From the human T2T-CHM13v2.0 reference genome, Homo sapiens: a stretch of DNA of 64,000 bases. Positions 16,894 through 34,660 of this stretch are shown here, piece by piece (the first letter of the stretch is position 1; every line of letters starts with the position of its first letter). The DNA is taken from assembly GCF_009914755.1 (NCBI RefSeq), contig NC_060939.1. One strand, given 5' to 3'. The notes under the pieces are model-generated. The model was not told the DNA's origin. It searched no databases and saw only the letters and a program-made list of their open reading frames with translations. A program made the position numbers and the translations under genes.

Positions 16894-17189
16894 GCAGAGA
16901 AAACGATTGATTGCGATCTCAATTGCCTTTTAGCTTCATTCATACCCTGTTATTTGCTCGTTTATTCTCATGGGTTCTTCTGTGTCATTGTCACGTTCAT
17001 CGTTTGCTTGCCTGCTTGCCTGTTTATTTCCTTCCTTCCTTCCTTCCTTCCTTCCTTCCCTCCTTCCTTCCTTCCTTCCCTCCCTTACTGGCAGGGTCTT
17101 CCTCTGTCTCTGCCGCCCAGGATCACCCCAACCTCAACGCTTTGGACCGACCAAACGGTCGTTCTGCCTCTGATCCCTCCCATCCCCAT

Positions 17190-17261
17190 TACCTGAGACT
17201 ACAGGCGCGCACCACCACACCGGCTGACTTTTATGTTGTTTCTCATGTTTTCCGTAGGTAG

Positions 17262-17305
<44 letters not shown>

Positions 17306-17465
17306 CTATGTATGTACGTATGTATGTATGTATGTGAGTGAGATGGGTTTCGGGGTTCTATCATGTTGCCCACGCTGGTCTCGAACTCCTGTCCTCAAGC
17401 AATCCGCCTGCCTGCCTCGGCCGCCCACACTGCTGCTATTACAGGCGTGAGACGCTGCGCCTGGC
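17190..17465 (-). mobile_element. Diverged Alu with an expanded (TG)n/(TATG)n linker
   Basis: GACTACAGGCGCGCACCACCAC ... GCTGGTCTCGAACTCCTG ... ATTACAGGCGTGAG. Confidence 0.75.
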
Positions 17466-17477
17466 TCCTTCTACATT

Positions 17478-17479
17478 TG

Positions 17480-17530
<51 letters not shown>
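17478..17530. repeat. (TGCC)n microsatellite
   Basis: Direct reading. Confidence 0.95.
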
Positions 17531-17849
17531 ATCAATCGTCTTCTTTTTAGTACGGATGTGCTCTCGCTTTATTGTCCATGCTCTGGGCACACGTGGTCTC
17601 TTTTCAAACTTCTATGATTATTATTATTGTAGGCGTCATCTCACGTGTCGAGGTGATCTCGAACTTTTAGGCTCCAGAGATCCTCCCGCATCGGCCTCCC
17701 GGAGTGCTGTGATGACACGCGTGGGCACGGTACGCTCTGGTCGTGTTTGTCGTGGGTCGGTTCTTTCCGTTTTTAATACGGGGACTGCGAACGAAGAAAA
17801 TTTCCAGACGCATCTCACCGATCCGCCTTTTCGTTCTTTCTTTTTATTC

Positions 17850-18070
17850 TCTTTAGACGGAGTTTCACTCTTGTCGCCCAGGGTGGAGTACGATGGCGGC
17901 TCTCGGCTCACCGCACCCTCCGCCTCCCAGGTTCAAGTGATTCTCCTGCCTCAGCCTTCCCGAGTAGCTGGAATGACAGAGATGAGCCATCGTGCCCGGC
18001 TAATTTTTCTATTTTTACTACAGATGGGGTTTCTCCATCTTGGTCAGGCTGGTCTTCAACTTCCGACCGT
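17850..18070 (-). mobile_element. Alu (truncated)
   Basis: GACGGAGTTTCACTCTTGTCGCCCAGG...TTCAAGTGATTCTCCTGCCTCAGCC. Confidence 0.85.
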
Positions 18071-18169
18071 TGGAGAATCTTAACTTTCTTGGTGGTGGTT
18101 GTTTTCCTTTTTCTTTTTTTTCTTTTCTTTTCTTTCCTTCTCCTCCCCCCCCACCCCCCCTTGTCGTCG

Positions 18170-18224
18170 TCCTCCTCCTCCTCCTCCTCCTCCTCCTCCT
18201 CCTCCTCCTCCTCCTCCTCCTCCT
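18170..18224. repeat. (CCT)n microsatellite
   Basis: Direct reading. Confidence 0.95.
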
Positions 18225-19171
18225 CTTTCATTTCTTTCAGCTGGGCTCTCCTACGTGTGTTGCTCTGTTGCTCACGCTGGTCTCAAACTCCTGGCCTTGA
18301 CGCTTCTCCCGTCACATCCGCCGTCTGGTTGTTGAAATGAGCATCTCTCGTAAAATGGAAAAGATGAAAGAAATAAACACGAAGACGGAAAGCACGGTGT
18401 GAACGTTTCTCTTGCCGTCTCCCGGGGTGTACCTTGGACCCGGAAACACGGAGGGAGCTTGGCTGAGTGGGTTTTCGGTGCCGAAACCTCCCGAGGGCCT
18501 CCTTCCCTCTCCCCCTTGTCCCCGCTTCTCCCCCAGCCGAGGCTCCCACCGCCGCCCTGGCATTTTCCATAGGAGAGGTATGGGAGAGGACTGACACGCC
18601 TTCCAGATCTATATCCTGCCGGACGTCTCTGGCTCGGCGTGCCCCACCGGCTACCTGCCACCTTCCAGGGAGCTCTGAGGCGGATGCGACCCCCACCCCC
18701 CCGTCACGTCCCGCTACCCTCCCCCGGCTGGCCTTTGCCGGGCGACCCCAGGGGAACCGCGTTGATGCTGCCTTCGGATCCTCCGGCGAAGACTTCCACC
18801 GGATGCCCCGGGTGGGCCGGTTGGGATCAGACTGGACCACCCCGGACCGTGCTGTTCTTGGGGGTGGGTTGACGTACAGGGTGGACTGGCAGCCCCAGCA
18901 TTGTAAAGGGTGCGTGGGTATGGAAATGTCACCTAGGATGCCCTCCTTCCCTTCGGTCTGCCTTCAGCTGCCTCAGGCGTGAAGACAACTTCCCATCGGA
19001 ACCTCTTCTCTTCCCTTTCTCCAGCACACAGATGAGACGCACGAGAGGGAGAAACAGCTCAATAGATACCGCTGACCTTCATTTGTGGAATCCTCAGTCA
19101 TCGACACACAAGACAGGTGACTAGGCAGGGACACAGATCAAACACTATTTCCGGGTCCTCGTGGTGGGATT

Positions 19172-19218
<47 letters not shown>

Positions 19219-19375
19219 CGCGCACGCGCGCACACACACACACAATTTCCATATCTAGTTCACAGAGCACACTCACTTCCCCTTTTCACAGTACGCAGGC
19301 TGAGTAAAACCCGCCCCACCCTCCACCCGTTGGCTGACGAAACCCCTTCTCTACAATTTATGAAAAAGATGATCT

Positions 19376-19820
19376 GGGCCGGGCACGCTAGCTCACGCCT
19401 GTCACTCCGGCACTTTGGGAGGCCGAGGCGGGTGGATCGCTTGGGGCCGGGAGTTCGAGACCAGGCTGGCCGACGTGGCGAAACCCCGTCTCTCTGAAAA
19501 ATAGAACGATTAGCCGGGCCTGGTGGCGTGGGCTTGGAATCACGACCGCTCGGGAGACTGGGGCGGGCGACTTGTTCCAACCGGGGAGGCCGAGGTTGCG
19601 ATGAGCTGAGATCGTGCCGTGGCGATGCGGCCTGGATGACGGAGCGAGACCCCGTCTCGAGAGAATCATGATGTTATTATAAGATGAGTTGTGCGCGGTG
19701 ATGGCCGCCTGTAGTCGCGGCTACTCGGGAGGCTGAGACGAGGAGAAGATCACTTGAGGCCCCACAGGTCGAGGCTTCGGTCGGCCGTGACCCACTGTAT
19801 CCTGGGCAGTCACCGGTCAA
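19376..19820 (+). mobile_element. CpG-rich full Alu (19376-19660) followed by an extra right-monomer fragment
   Basis: GGCCGGGCACGCTAGCTCACGCC...GAGCGAGACCCCGTCTC; then GCCTGTAGTCGCGGCTACTCGGGAGGCTGAG. Confidence 0.85.
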
Positions 19821-19888
19821 GGAGATATGCCCCTTCCCCGTTTGCTTTTCTTTTCTTCCCTTCTCTTTTCTTCTTTTTGCTTCTCTTT

Positions 19889-19920
<32 letters not shown>

Positions 19921-20007
19921 TTTCTTTTTCTCTCTTCCCCTCTTTCTTTCCTGCCTTCCTGCCTTTCTTCTTTTCTTCTTTCCTCCCTTCCTCCCTTCCT
20001 TCTTTCC

Positions 20008-20697
20008 TCCCGCCTCAGCCTCCCAAAGTGCTGGGATGACTGGCGGGAGGCACCATGCCTGCTTGGCCCAAAGAGACCCTCTTGGAAAGTGAGACGCAGA
20101 GAGCGCCTTCCAGTGATCTCATTGACTGATTTAGAGACGGCATCTCGCTCCGTCACCCCGGCAGTGGTGCCGTCGTAACTCACTCCCTGCAGCGTGGACG
20201 CTCCTGGACTCGAGCGATCCTTCCACCTCAGCCTCCAGAGTACAGAGCCTGGGACCGCGGGCACGCGCCACTGTGCCCACACCGTTTTTAATTGTTTTTT
20301 TTTCCCCCGAGACAGAGTTTCACTCTCGTGGCCTAGACTGCAGTGCGGTGGCGCGATCTTGGCTCACCGCAACCTCTGCCTCCCGGTTTCAAGCGATTCT
20401 CCTGCATCGGCCTCCTGAGTAGCCGGGATTGCGGGCATGCGCTGCCACGTCTGGCTGATTTCGTATTTTTAGTGGAGACGGGGCTTCTCCATGTCGATCG
20501 GGCTGGTTTCGAACTCCCGACCTCAGGTGATCCGCCCTCCCCGGCCTCCGGAAGTGCTGGGATGACAGGCGTGAGCCACCGCGCCCGGCCTTCATTTTTA
20601 AATGTTTTCCCACAGACGGGGTCTCATCATTTCTTTGCAACCCTCCTGCCCGGCGTCTCAAAGTGCTGGCGTGACGGGCGTGAGCCACTGCGCCTGG
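20008..20697 (-). mobile_element. Cluster of antisense Alus (fragments 20008-20066, 20130-20280, 20610-20697; full copy 20307-20590)
   Basis: Multiple Alu motifs, e.g. GAGACAGAGTTTCACTC...GTGAGCCACCGCGCCCGGCC. Confidence 0.85.
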
Positions 20698-20738
20698 ACT
20701 CCGGGGAATGACTCACGACCACCATCGCTCTACTGATC

Positions 20739-20793
<55 letters not shown>

Positions 20794-21340
20794 GATGAAT
20801 TATCTTATGATTTATTTGTGTACTTATTTTCAGACGGAGTCTCGCTCTGGGCGGGGCGAGGCGAGGCGAGGCACAGCGCATCGCTTTGGAAGCCGCGGCA
20901 ACGCCTTTCAAAGCCCCATTCGTATGCACAGAGCCTTATTCCCTTCCTGGAGTTGGAGCTGATGCCTTCCGTAGCCTTGGGCTTCTCTCCATTCGGAAGC
21001 TTTGACAGGCGCAACCCCACCCAGAGGCTGGCTGCGGCTGAGGATTAGGGGGTGTGTTGGGGCTGAAAACTGGGTCCCCTATTTTTGATACCTCAGCCGA
21101 CACATCCCCCGACCGCCATCGCTTGCTCGCCCTCTGAGATCCCCCGCCTCCACCGCCTTGCAGGCTCACCTCTTACTTTCATTTCTTCCTTTCTTGCGTT
21201 TGAGGAGGGGGTGCGGGAATGAGGGTGTGTGTGGGGAGGGGGTGCGGGGTGGGGACGGAGGGGAGCGTCCTAAGGGTCGATTTAGTGTCATGCCTCTTTC
21301 ACCACCACCACCACCACCGAAGATGACAGCAAGGATCGGC

Positions 21341-21610
21341 TAAATACCGCGTGTTCTCATCTAGAAGTGGGAACTTACAGATGACAGTTCTTGCATGGGC
21401 AGAACGAGGGGGACCGGGGACGCGGAAGTCTGCTTGAGGGAGGAGGGGTGGAAGGAGAGACAGCTTCAGGAAGAAAACAAAACACGAATACTGTCGGACA
21501 CAGCACTGACTACCCGGGTGATGAAATCATCTGCACACTGAACACCCCCGTCACAAGTTTACCTATGTCACAATCTTGCACATGTATGCTTGAACGACAA
21601 ATAAAAGTTA
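21341..21610 (+). mobile_element. L1 (old primate L1PA/L1PB-type) 3' end fragment; second copy ~25750-26016
   Basis: AAATACCGCGTGTTCTCA...TACCCGGGTGATGAAATCATCTG...CAAGTTTACCTATGT...AAATAAAAGTT resembles the L1 3'UTR terminus. Confidence 0.75.
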
Positions 21611-21809
21611 GGGGGGAGAAGAGAGGAGAGAGAGAGAGAGAGAGAGACAGAGAGAGACAGAGAGAGAGAGAGAGGAGGGAGAGAGAAAACGAAACACCAC
21701 CTCCTTGACCTGAGTCAGGGGGTTTCTGGCCTTTTGGGAGAACGTTCAGCGACAATGCAGTATTTGGGCCCGTTCTTTTTTTTTCTTCTTCTTTTCTTTC
21801 TTTTTTTTT

Positions 21810-22075
21810 GGACTGAGTCTCTCTCGCTCTGTCACCCAGGCTGCGGTGCGGTGGCGCTCTCTCGGCTCACTGAAACCTCTGCTTCCCGGGTTCCAGTGAT
21901 TCTTCTTCGGTAGCTGGGATTACAGGCGCACACCATGACGGCCGGCTCATATTCCTATTTTCAGTAGAGACGGGGTTTCTCCACGTTGGCCACGCTGGTC
22001 TCGAACTCCTGACCTCAAATGATCCGCCTTCCTGGGCCTCCCAAAGTGCTGGAAACGACAGGCCTGAGCCGCCGG
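21810..22075 (-). mobile_element. Alu in LR1 (LR2 copy ~26260-26525)
   Basis: CTCGCTCTGTCACCCAGGCTG...CCTCCCAAAGTGCTGG. Confidence 0.85.
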
Positions 22076-22364
22076 GATTTCAGCCTTTAAAAGCGCGGGC
22101 CCTGCCACCTTTCGCTGTGGCCCTTACGCTCAGAATGACGTGTCCTCTCTGCCGTAGGTTGACTCCTTGAGTCCCCTAGGCCATTGCACTGTAGCCTGGG
22201 CAGCAAGAGCCAAACTCCGTCCCCCCACCTCCCCGCGCACATAATAACTAACTAACAAACTAACTAACTAACTAAACTAACTAAATAAATAAAATCTCTA
22301 CACGTCACCTCTAAGTGTGTGTTCCCGTGAGGAGTGATTTCTAAGAAATGGCACTGTACACTGA

Positions 22365-22765
<401 letters not shown>

Positions 22766-22772
22766 CTAGGGC

Positions 22773-23129
22773 CTTCTCTCTGTCTGTTTCTCTCTGTTCG
22801 TCTCTGTCTTTCTCTCTGTGTCTCTTTCTCTGTCTGTCTGTCTCTTTCTTTCTCTCTGTCTCTGTCTCTGTCTTTGTCTCTCTCTCTCCCTCTCTGCCTG
22901 TCTCACTGTGTCTGTCTTCTGTCTTACTCTCTTTCTCTCCCCGTCTGTCTCTCTCTCTCTCTCTCCCTCCCTGTCTGTCTCTCTCTCTCCCTCCCTGTCT
23001 GTTTCTCTCTCTCTCTTTCTGTCTGTTTCTGTCTCTCTCTGTCTGTCTATGTCTTTCTCTGTCTGTCTCTTTCTCTGTCTGTCTGCCTCTCTCTTTCTTT
23101 TTCTGTGTCTCTCTGTCGGTCTCTCTCTC

Positions 23130-23164
<35 letters not shown>

Positions 23165-23356
23165 GTGCCTATCTTCTGTCTTACTCTCTTTCTCTGCCTG
23201 TCTGTCTGTCTCTCCCTCCCTTTCTGTTTCTCTCTCTCTCTCTCTCTCTCTCCCCCTCTCCCTGTCTGTTTCTCTCCGTCTCTCTCTCTTTCTGTCTGTT
23301 TCTCACTGTCTCTCTCTGTCCATCTCTCTCTCTCTCTGTCTGTCTCTTTCGTTCTC

Positions 23357-23410
<54 letters not shown>

Positions 23411-23453
23411 ACTCTCTGTGTGTATCTTCTGTCTTACTCTCCTTCTCTGCCTG

Positions 23454-23487
<34 letters not shown>

Positions 23488-23816
23488 CCTTTCTGTCTCT
23501 CTCTCTCTCTGTCCCTCTCTCTTTCTGTCTGTTCCTCTCTCTCTCTCTGTCTCTGTCTTTCTCTGTCTGTCTGCCTCTCTCTTTCTTTCTCTTTCTGTGT
23601 CTCTCTGTCTCTCTCTCTGTGCCTATCTTCTGTCTTACTCTCTTTCTCTGCCTGCCTGCCTGTCTGTCTGTCTGTCTCTCTCTGTCTCTCTCCCTGCCTT
23701 TCTGTTTCTCTCTCTCTCCCTCTCTCGCTCTCTCTGTCTTTCTCTCTTTCTCTCTGTTTCTCTGTCTCTCTCTGTCCGTCTCTGTCTTTTTCTGTCTGTC
23801 TCTCTCTTTCTTTCTG

Positions 23817-23849
<33 letters not shown>

Positions 23850-23945
23850 GCTTGTCTCTCTCACTGTGTCTGTCCTCTGTCTTACTCTCCTTCTCTGCCT
23901 GTCCGTCTGTCTGTCTGTCTCTCTCTCTCTCCCTCCCTTTCTGTT

Positions 23946-23990
<45 letters not shown>

Positions 23991-24911
23991 GTTTCTCTTT
24001 CTCTCTCTGTCTGTCTCTGTCTTTCTCTGTCTGTCTCTTTCTCTGTCTGTCTGTCTCCTTCTCTCTGTCTCCGTCTCTGTCTCTCTCTCTCTGTCTCTCT
24101 CTCTCTGCCTGTCTCACTGTGTCTGTCTTCTGTCTTATTCTCTTTCTCTGTCTGTCTGTCTCTCTCTCTCCCTTCCTGTCTCTTTCTCTCTCTCTCTCTC
24201 TTTCTGTCTGTTTCTCTCTGCCTGTCTCCGTCTTTCTCTGTCTGCCTCTCTCTTTCTTTTTCTGCGTCTCTCTGTCTCTCTCTCTCTGTGCCTATCTTCT
24301 GTCTTACTCTGTTTCTCTGCCTGCCTGTCTGTCTGTCTGTCTCTCTCTCTCTCTGTCTCTCTCTCTTTCTGTCTGTTTCTCTCTGTCTCTCTGTCCATCT
24401 CTGTCTTTCTCTGTCCGTCTCTCTCTTTCTCCCTGTCTCTGTCTCTGCCTCTGCCTCTCTCTCTCTCTGTCTCTCTCTTTCTATCTGTTTCTCTCTGTCT
24501 CTCTGTCCATCTCTGTCTTTCTCTGTCTGTCTCTCTCTTTCTCCCTGTCTCTGTCTCTGCCTCTCTCTCTCTCTGTCTGTCTCTCTCACTGTGTGTGTGT
24601 CTCTGTCTCTGCCTCTCTCTCTCTCTCTCTCTCTCTCTGTCTGTCTCTCTCACTGTGTGTGTCTGTCTTCTGTCTTACTCTCCTTCTCTGCCTGTCCGTC
24701 TGTCTGTCTGTCTCTCCCTCTCTCTCCCTCCCTTTCTGTTTCTCTCTCTCTCTCTCTCTCTTTCTGTCTGTTTCTCTCTTTCTCTCTCTGTCTGTCTCTT
24801 TCTCTGTCTGTCTGTCTCTCTCTTTCTTTTTCTCTGTCTCTCTGTCTCTCTCTGTGCCTGTCTCTCTGTCTGTGCCTATCTTCTGTCTTACTCTCTTTCT
24901 CTGGCTGACTG

Positions 24912-24950
<39 letters not shown>

Positions 24951-25051
24951 GTCTCCGTCCCTCCCTCCCTGTCTGTCTGTTTCTCTCTCTGTCCATTTCT
25001 GTCTGTCTCTTTCTCTTTCTCTCTCTTTCTTTCTCTCTGTCTCTCTCTGTC

Positions 25052-25100
<49 letters not shown>

Positions 25101-25308
25101 CTCTCTCACTGTGTCGGTCTTCTGTCTTACTCTCTTTCTCTGCCTGCCTCTCTGTCTGTCTGTCTGTCTCTCTCCCTCCATGTCTCTCTCTCTCTCTCTC
25201 TCACTCACTGTCTCTCCGTCTCTCTCTCTTTCTGTCTGTTTCTCTCTGTCTCTGTCTTTCTGTGTGTCTGTCTGTCTCTCTCTCTATTTGTCTTTCTCCC
25301 TCCCTGTC

Positions 25309-25353
<45 letters not shown>

Positions 25354-25420
25354 GTCTGTTTCTCTCTATCTCTCGCTGTCCATCTCTGTCTTTCTATGTC
25401 TGTCTCTTTCTCTGTCAGTC
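22773..25420 (+). repeat. Pyrimidine-rich (CT/CTGT)n tract of LR1
   Basis: ~2.6 kb, almost purely C/T with interspersed G. Confidence 0.95.
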
Positions 25421-25677
25421 TGTCAGACACCCCCGTGCCGGGTAGGGCCCTGCCCCTTCCACGAAAGTGAGAAGCGCGTGCTTCGGTGCTTAGAGAGGCC
25501 GAGAGGAATCTAGACAGGCGGGCCTTGCTGGGCTTCCCCACTCGGTGTATGATTTCGGGAGGTCGAGGCCGGGTCCCCGCTTGGATGCGAGGGGCATTTT
25601 CAGACTTTTCTCTCGGTCACGTGTGGCGTCCGTACTTCTCCTATTTCCCCGATAAGCTCCTCGACTTCAACATAAAC

Positions 25678-30234
<4,557 letters not shown>

Positions 30235-30239
30235 TGTGA

Positions 30240-30450
30240 AGGCCGGACGCAACACGGCGAAACCCCGTCTCTACTAAAAATACAAAGCTGAGTCGGGAGC
30301 GGTGGGGCAGGCCCCTGTAATGCCAGCTCCTCGGGAGGCTGAGGCGGGAGAATCGCTTGAACCAGGGAAGCGGAGGCTGCAGGGAGCCGAGATCGCGCCA
30401 CTGCACTACGGCCCAGGCTGTAGAGTGAGTGAGACTCGGTCTCTAAATAA
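30240..30450 (+). mobile_element. 5'-truncated Alu
   Basis: GAAACCCCGTCTCTACTAAAAATACAAA...GAGATCGCGCCACTGCAC. Confidence 0.85.
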
Positions 30451-31639
30451 ATACGGAAATTAATTAATTCATTAATTCTTTTCCCTGCTGACGGACATTT
30501 GCAGGCAGGCATCGGTTGTCTTCGGGCATCACCTAGCGGCCACTGTTATTGAAAGTCGACGTGACACGGAGGGAGGTCTCGCCGACTTCACCGAGCCTGG
30601 GGCAACGGGTTTCTCTCTCTCCCTTCTGGAGGCCCCTCCCTCTCTCCCTCGTTGCCTAGGGAACCTCGCCTAGGGAACCTCCGCCCTGGCGGGGGCCCTA
30701 TTGTTCTTTGATCGGCGCTTTACTTTTCTTTGTGTTTTGGCGCCTAGACTCTTCTACTTGGGCTTTGGGAAGGGTCAGTTTAATTTTCAAGTTGCCCCCC
30801 GGCTCCCCCCACTACCCACGTCCCTTCACCTTAATTTAGTGAGTCGGTTAGGTGGGTTTCCCCCAAACCGCCCCCCCCCCCCCCGCCTCCCAACACCCTG
30901 CTTGGAAACCTTCCAGAGCCACCCCGGTGTGCCTCCGTCTTCTCTCCCCTTCCCCCACCCCTTGCCGGCGATCTCATTCTTGCCAGGCTGACATTTGCAT
31001 CGGTGGGCGTCAGGCCTCACTCGGGGGCCACCGTTTTTGAAGATGGGGGCGGCACGGTCCCACTTCCCCGGAGGCAGCTTGGGCCGATGGCATAGCCCCT
31101 TGACCCGCGTGGGCAAGCGGGCGGGTCTGCAGTTGTGAGGCTTTTCCCCCCGCTGCTTCCCGCCTCAGGCCTCCCTCCCTAGGAAAGCTTCACCCTGGCT
31201 GGGTCTCGGTCACCTTTTATCACGATGTTTTAGTTTCTCCGCCCTCCGGCCAGCAGAGTTTCACAATGCGAAGGGCGCCACGGCTCTAGTCTGGGCCTTC
31301 TCAGTACTTGCCCAAAATAGAAACGCTTTCTGAAAACTAATAACTTTGCTCACTTAAGATTTCCAGGGACGGCGCCTTGGCCCGTGTTTGTTGGCTTGTT
31401 TTGTTTCGTTCTGTTTTGTTTTGTTCGTGTTTTTCCTTTCTCGTATGTCTTTCTTTTCAGGTGAAGTAGAAATCCCCAGTTTTCAGGAAGACGTCTATTT
31501 TCCCCAAGACACGTTAGCTGCCGTTTTTTCCTGTTGTGAACTAGCGCTTTTGTGACTCTCTCAACGTGCAGTGAGAGCCGGTTGATGTTTACTATCCTTC
31601 ATCATGACATCTTATTTTCTAGAAATCCGTAGGCGAATG

Positions 31640-31725
31640 CTGCTGCTGCTCTTGTTGCTGTTGTTGTTGTTGTTGTTGTCGTCGTTGCTGTTGTCGTTGT
31701 CGTTGTTGTTGTCGTTGTCGTTGTT
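31640..31725. repeat. (TTG/TCG/CTG)n trinucleotide tract
   Basis: Direct reading. Confidence 0.9.
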
Positions 31726-31799
31726 TTCAAAGTATACCCCGGCCACCGTTTATGGGATCAAAAGCATTATAAAATATGTGTGATTATTTCTTGAGCACG

Positions 31800-32398
31800 C
31801 CCTTCCTCCCCCTCTCTCTGTCTCTCTGTCTGTCTCTGTCTCTCTCTTTCTCTGTCTGTCTTCTCTCTCTCTCTCTCTCTGTGTCTCTCTCTCTCTGCCT
31901 GTCTGTTTCTCTCTCTCTGCCTCTCTCTCTCTCTCTCTCTCTGCCTGTCTCTCTCACTGTGTCTGTCTTCTGTCTTACTCCCTTTCTCTGTCTGTCTGTC
32001 GGTCTCTCTCTCTCTCTCTCCCTGTCTGTATGTTTCTCTCTGTCTCTGTCTCTCTCTCTCTTTCTGTTTCTCTCTCTCCGTCTCTGTCTTTCTCTGACTG
32101 TCTCTCTCTTTCCTTCTCTCTGTCTCTCTCTGCCTGTCTCTCTCACTCTGTCTTCTGTCTTACTCTCTCTCTCTGCCTGCCTGTCTCTCTCACTCTCTCT
32201 CTCTGTGTGTCTCTCTCTCTCTTTCTGTTTCTCTCTGTCTCTCTGTCCGTCTCTGTCTTTCTCTGTCTGTCTCTTTGTCTGTCTGTCTTTGTCTTTCCTT
32301 CTCTCTGTCTCTGTCTCTCTCACTGTGTCTGTCTTCTGTCTTAGTCTCTCTCTCTCTCTCTCCCTGTCTGTCTGTCTCTCTCTCTCTCTCCCCCTGTC

Positions 32399-32443
<45 letters not shown>

Positions 32444-32716
32444 TTGTCTTTCTTTCTGTCTCTGTCTCTCTCTCTCTCTCTGTGTGTCTGTCTTCTGTCT
32501 TACTGTCTTTCTCTGCCTGTCTGTCTGTCTGTCTCTCTCTGTCTGTCTCTCTCTCTCTCTCCCCCCTGTCGGCTGTTTCTCTGTCTCTGTCTGTGTCTCT
32601 CTTTCTGTCTGTTTCTCTCTGTCTGTCTTTCTCTCTCTGTCTCTTTCTCTCTGTCTCTCTGTCTGTCTCTGTCTCTCTCTCTGTCTCTCTCTCTCTGTGG
32701 GGGGGTGTGTGTGTGT

Positions 32717-32753
<37 letters not shown>

Positions 32754-33004
32754 TGCCTTCTGTCTTACTCTCTTTCTCTGCCTGTCTGTCTGCCTGTCTG
32801 TTTGTCTCTCTCTCTCTGCCTGTCTCTCTCCCTTCCTGTCTGTTTCTCTCTCTTTCTGTTTCTCTCTGTCTCTGTCCATCTCTGTCTTTCTCCGTCTGTC
32901 TCTTTATCTGTCTCTCTCCGTCTGTCTCTTTATCTGTCTCTCTCTCTCTTTCTGTCTTTCTCTCTCTGTGTATCGTTGTCTCTCTCTGTCTGTCTCTGTC
33001 TCTG

Positions 33005-33037
<33 letters not shown>

Positions 33038-33095
33038 GTCTGTCTGTCCGTCTGTCTGTCTCGGTCTCTGGCTCTCGCTATCTCCCGCCCTCTCT
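31800..33095 (+). repeat. Third CT-rich tract (with an internal (TG)n), related to the LR tracts
   Basis: Same CTTCTGTCTTACTC anchors as the LR tracts. Confidence 0.9.
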
Positions 33096-34380
33096 TTTTT
33101 TGCAAAAGAAGCTCAAGTACATCTAATCTAATCCCTTACCAAGGCCTGAATTCTTCACTTCTGACATCCCAGATTTGATCTCCCTACAGAATGCTGTACA
33201 GAACTGGCGAGTTGATTTCTGGACTTGGATACCTCATAGAAACTACATATGAATAAAGATCCAATCCTAAAATCTGGGGTGGCTTCTCCCTCGACTGTCT
33301 CGAAAAATCGTACCTCTGTTCCCCTAGGATGCCGGAAGAGTTTTCTCAATGTGCATCTGCCCGTGTCCTAAGTGATCTGTGACCGAGCCCTGTCCGTCCT
33401 GTCTCAAATATGTACGTGCAAACACTTCTCTCCATTTCCACAACTACCCACGGCCCCTTGTGGAACCACTGGCTCTTTGAAAAAAATCCCAGAAGTGGTT
33501 TTGGCTTTTTGGCTAGGAGGCCTAAGCCTGCTGAGAACTTTCCTGCCCAGGATCCTGTGTGACCAAAAGTGCCTCTGCTGGGAGCTGGGATCCTCGGGAC
33601 CATGCTTGCTAGCGCTGGATGAGTCTCTGGAAGGACGCACGGGACTCCGCAAAGCTGACCTGTCCCACCGAGGTCAAATGGATACCTCTGCATTGGCCCG
33701 AGGCCTCCGAAGTACATCACCGTCACCAACCGTCACCGTCAGCATCCTTGTGAGCCTGCCCAAGGCCCCGCCTCCGGGGAGACTCTTGGGAGCCCGGCCT
33801 TCGTCGGCTAAAGTCCAAAGGGATGGTGACTTCCACCCACAAGGTCCCCACTGAACGGCGAAGATGTGGAGCGTAGGTCAGAGAGGGGACCAGGAGGGGA
33901 GACGTCCCGACAGGCGACGAGTTCCCAAGGCTCTGGCCACCCCACCCACGCCCCACGCCCCACGTCCCGGGCACCCGCGGGACACCGCCGCTTTATCCCC
34001 TCCTCTGTCCACAGCCGGCCCCACCCCACCACGCAACCCACGCACACACGCTGGAGGTTCCAAAACCACACGGTGTGACTAGAGCCTGACGGAGCGAGAG
34101 CCCATTTCACGAGGTGGGAGGGGTGGGGGTGGGGTGGGTTGGGGGTTGTGGGGTCTGTGGCGAGCCCGATTCTCCCTCTTGGGTGGCTACAGGCTAGAAA
34201 TGAATATCGCTTCTTGGGCGGAGGGGCTTCCTTAGGCCATCACCGCTTGCGGGACTACCTCTCAAACCCTCCCTTGAGGCCACAAAATAGATTCCACCCC
34301 ACCCATCGACGTTTCCCCCGGGTGCTGGATGTATCCTGTCAAGAGACCTGAGCCTGACACCGTCGAATTAAACACCTTGA

Positions 34381-34590
<210 letters not shown>

Positions 34591-34660
34591 TTTCATTGGT
34601 TTTCACTGGAGATTCTAGATTCGAGCCACACCTCATTCCGTGCCACAGAGAGACTTCTTT

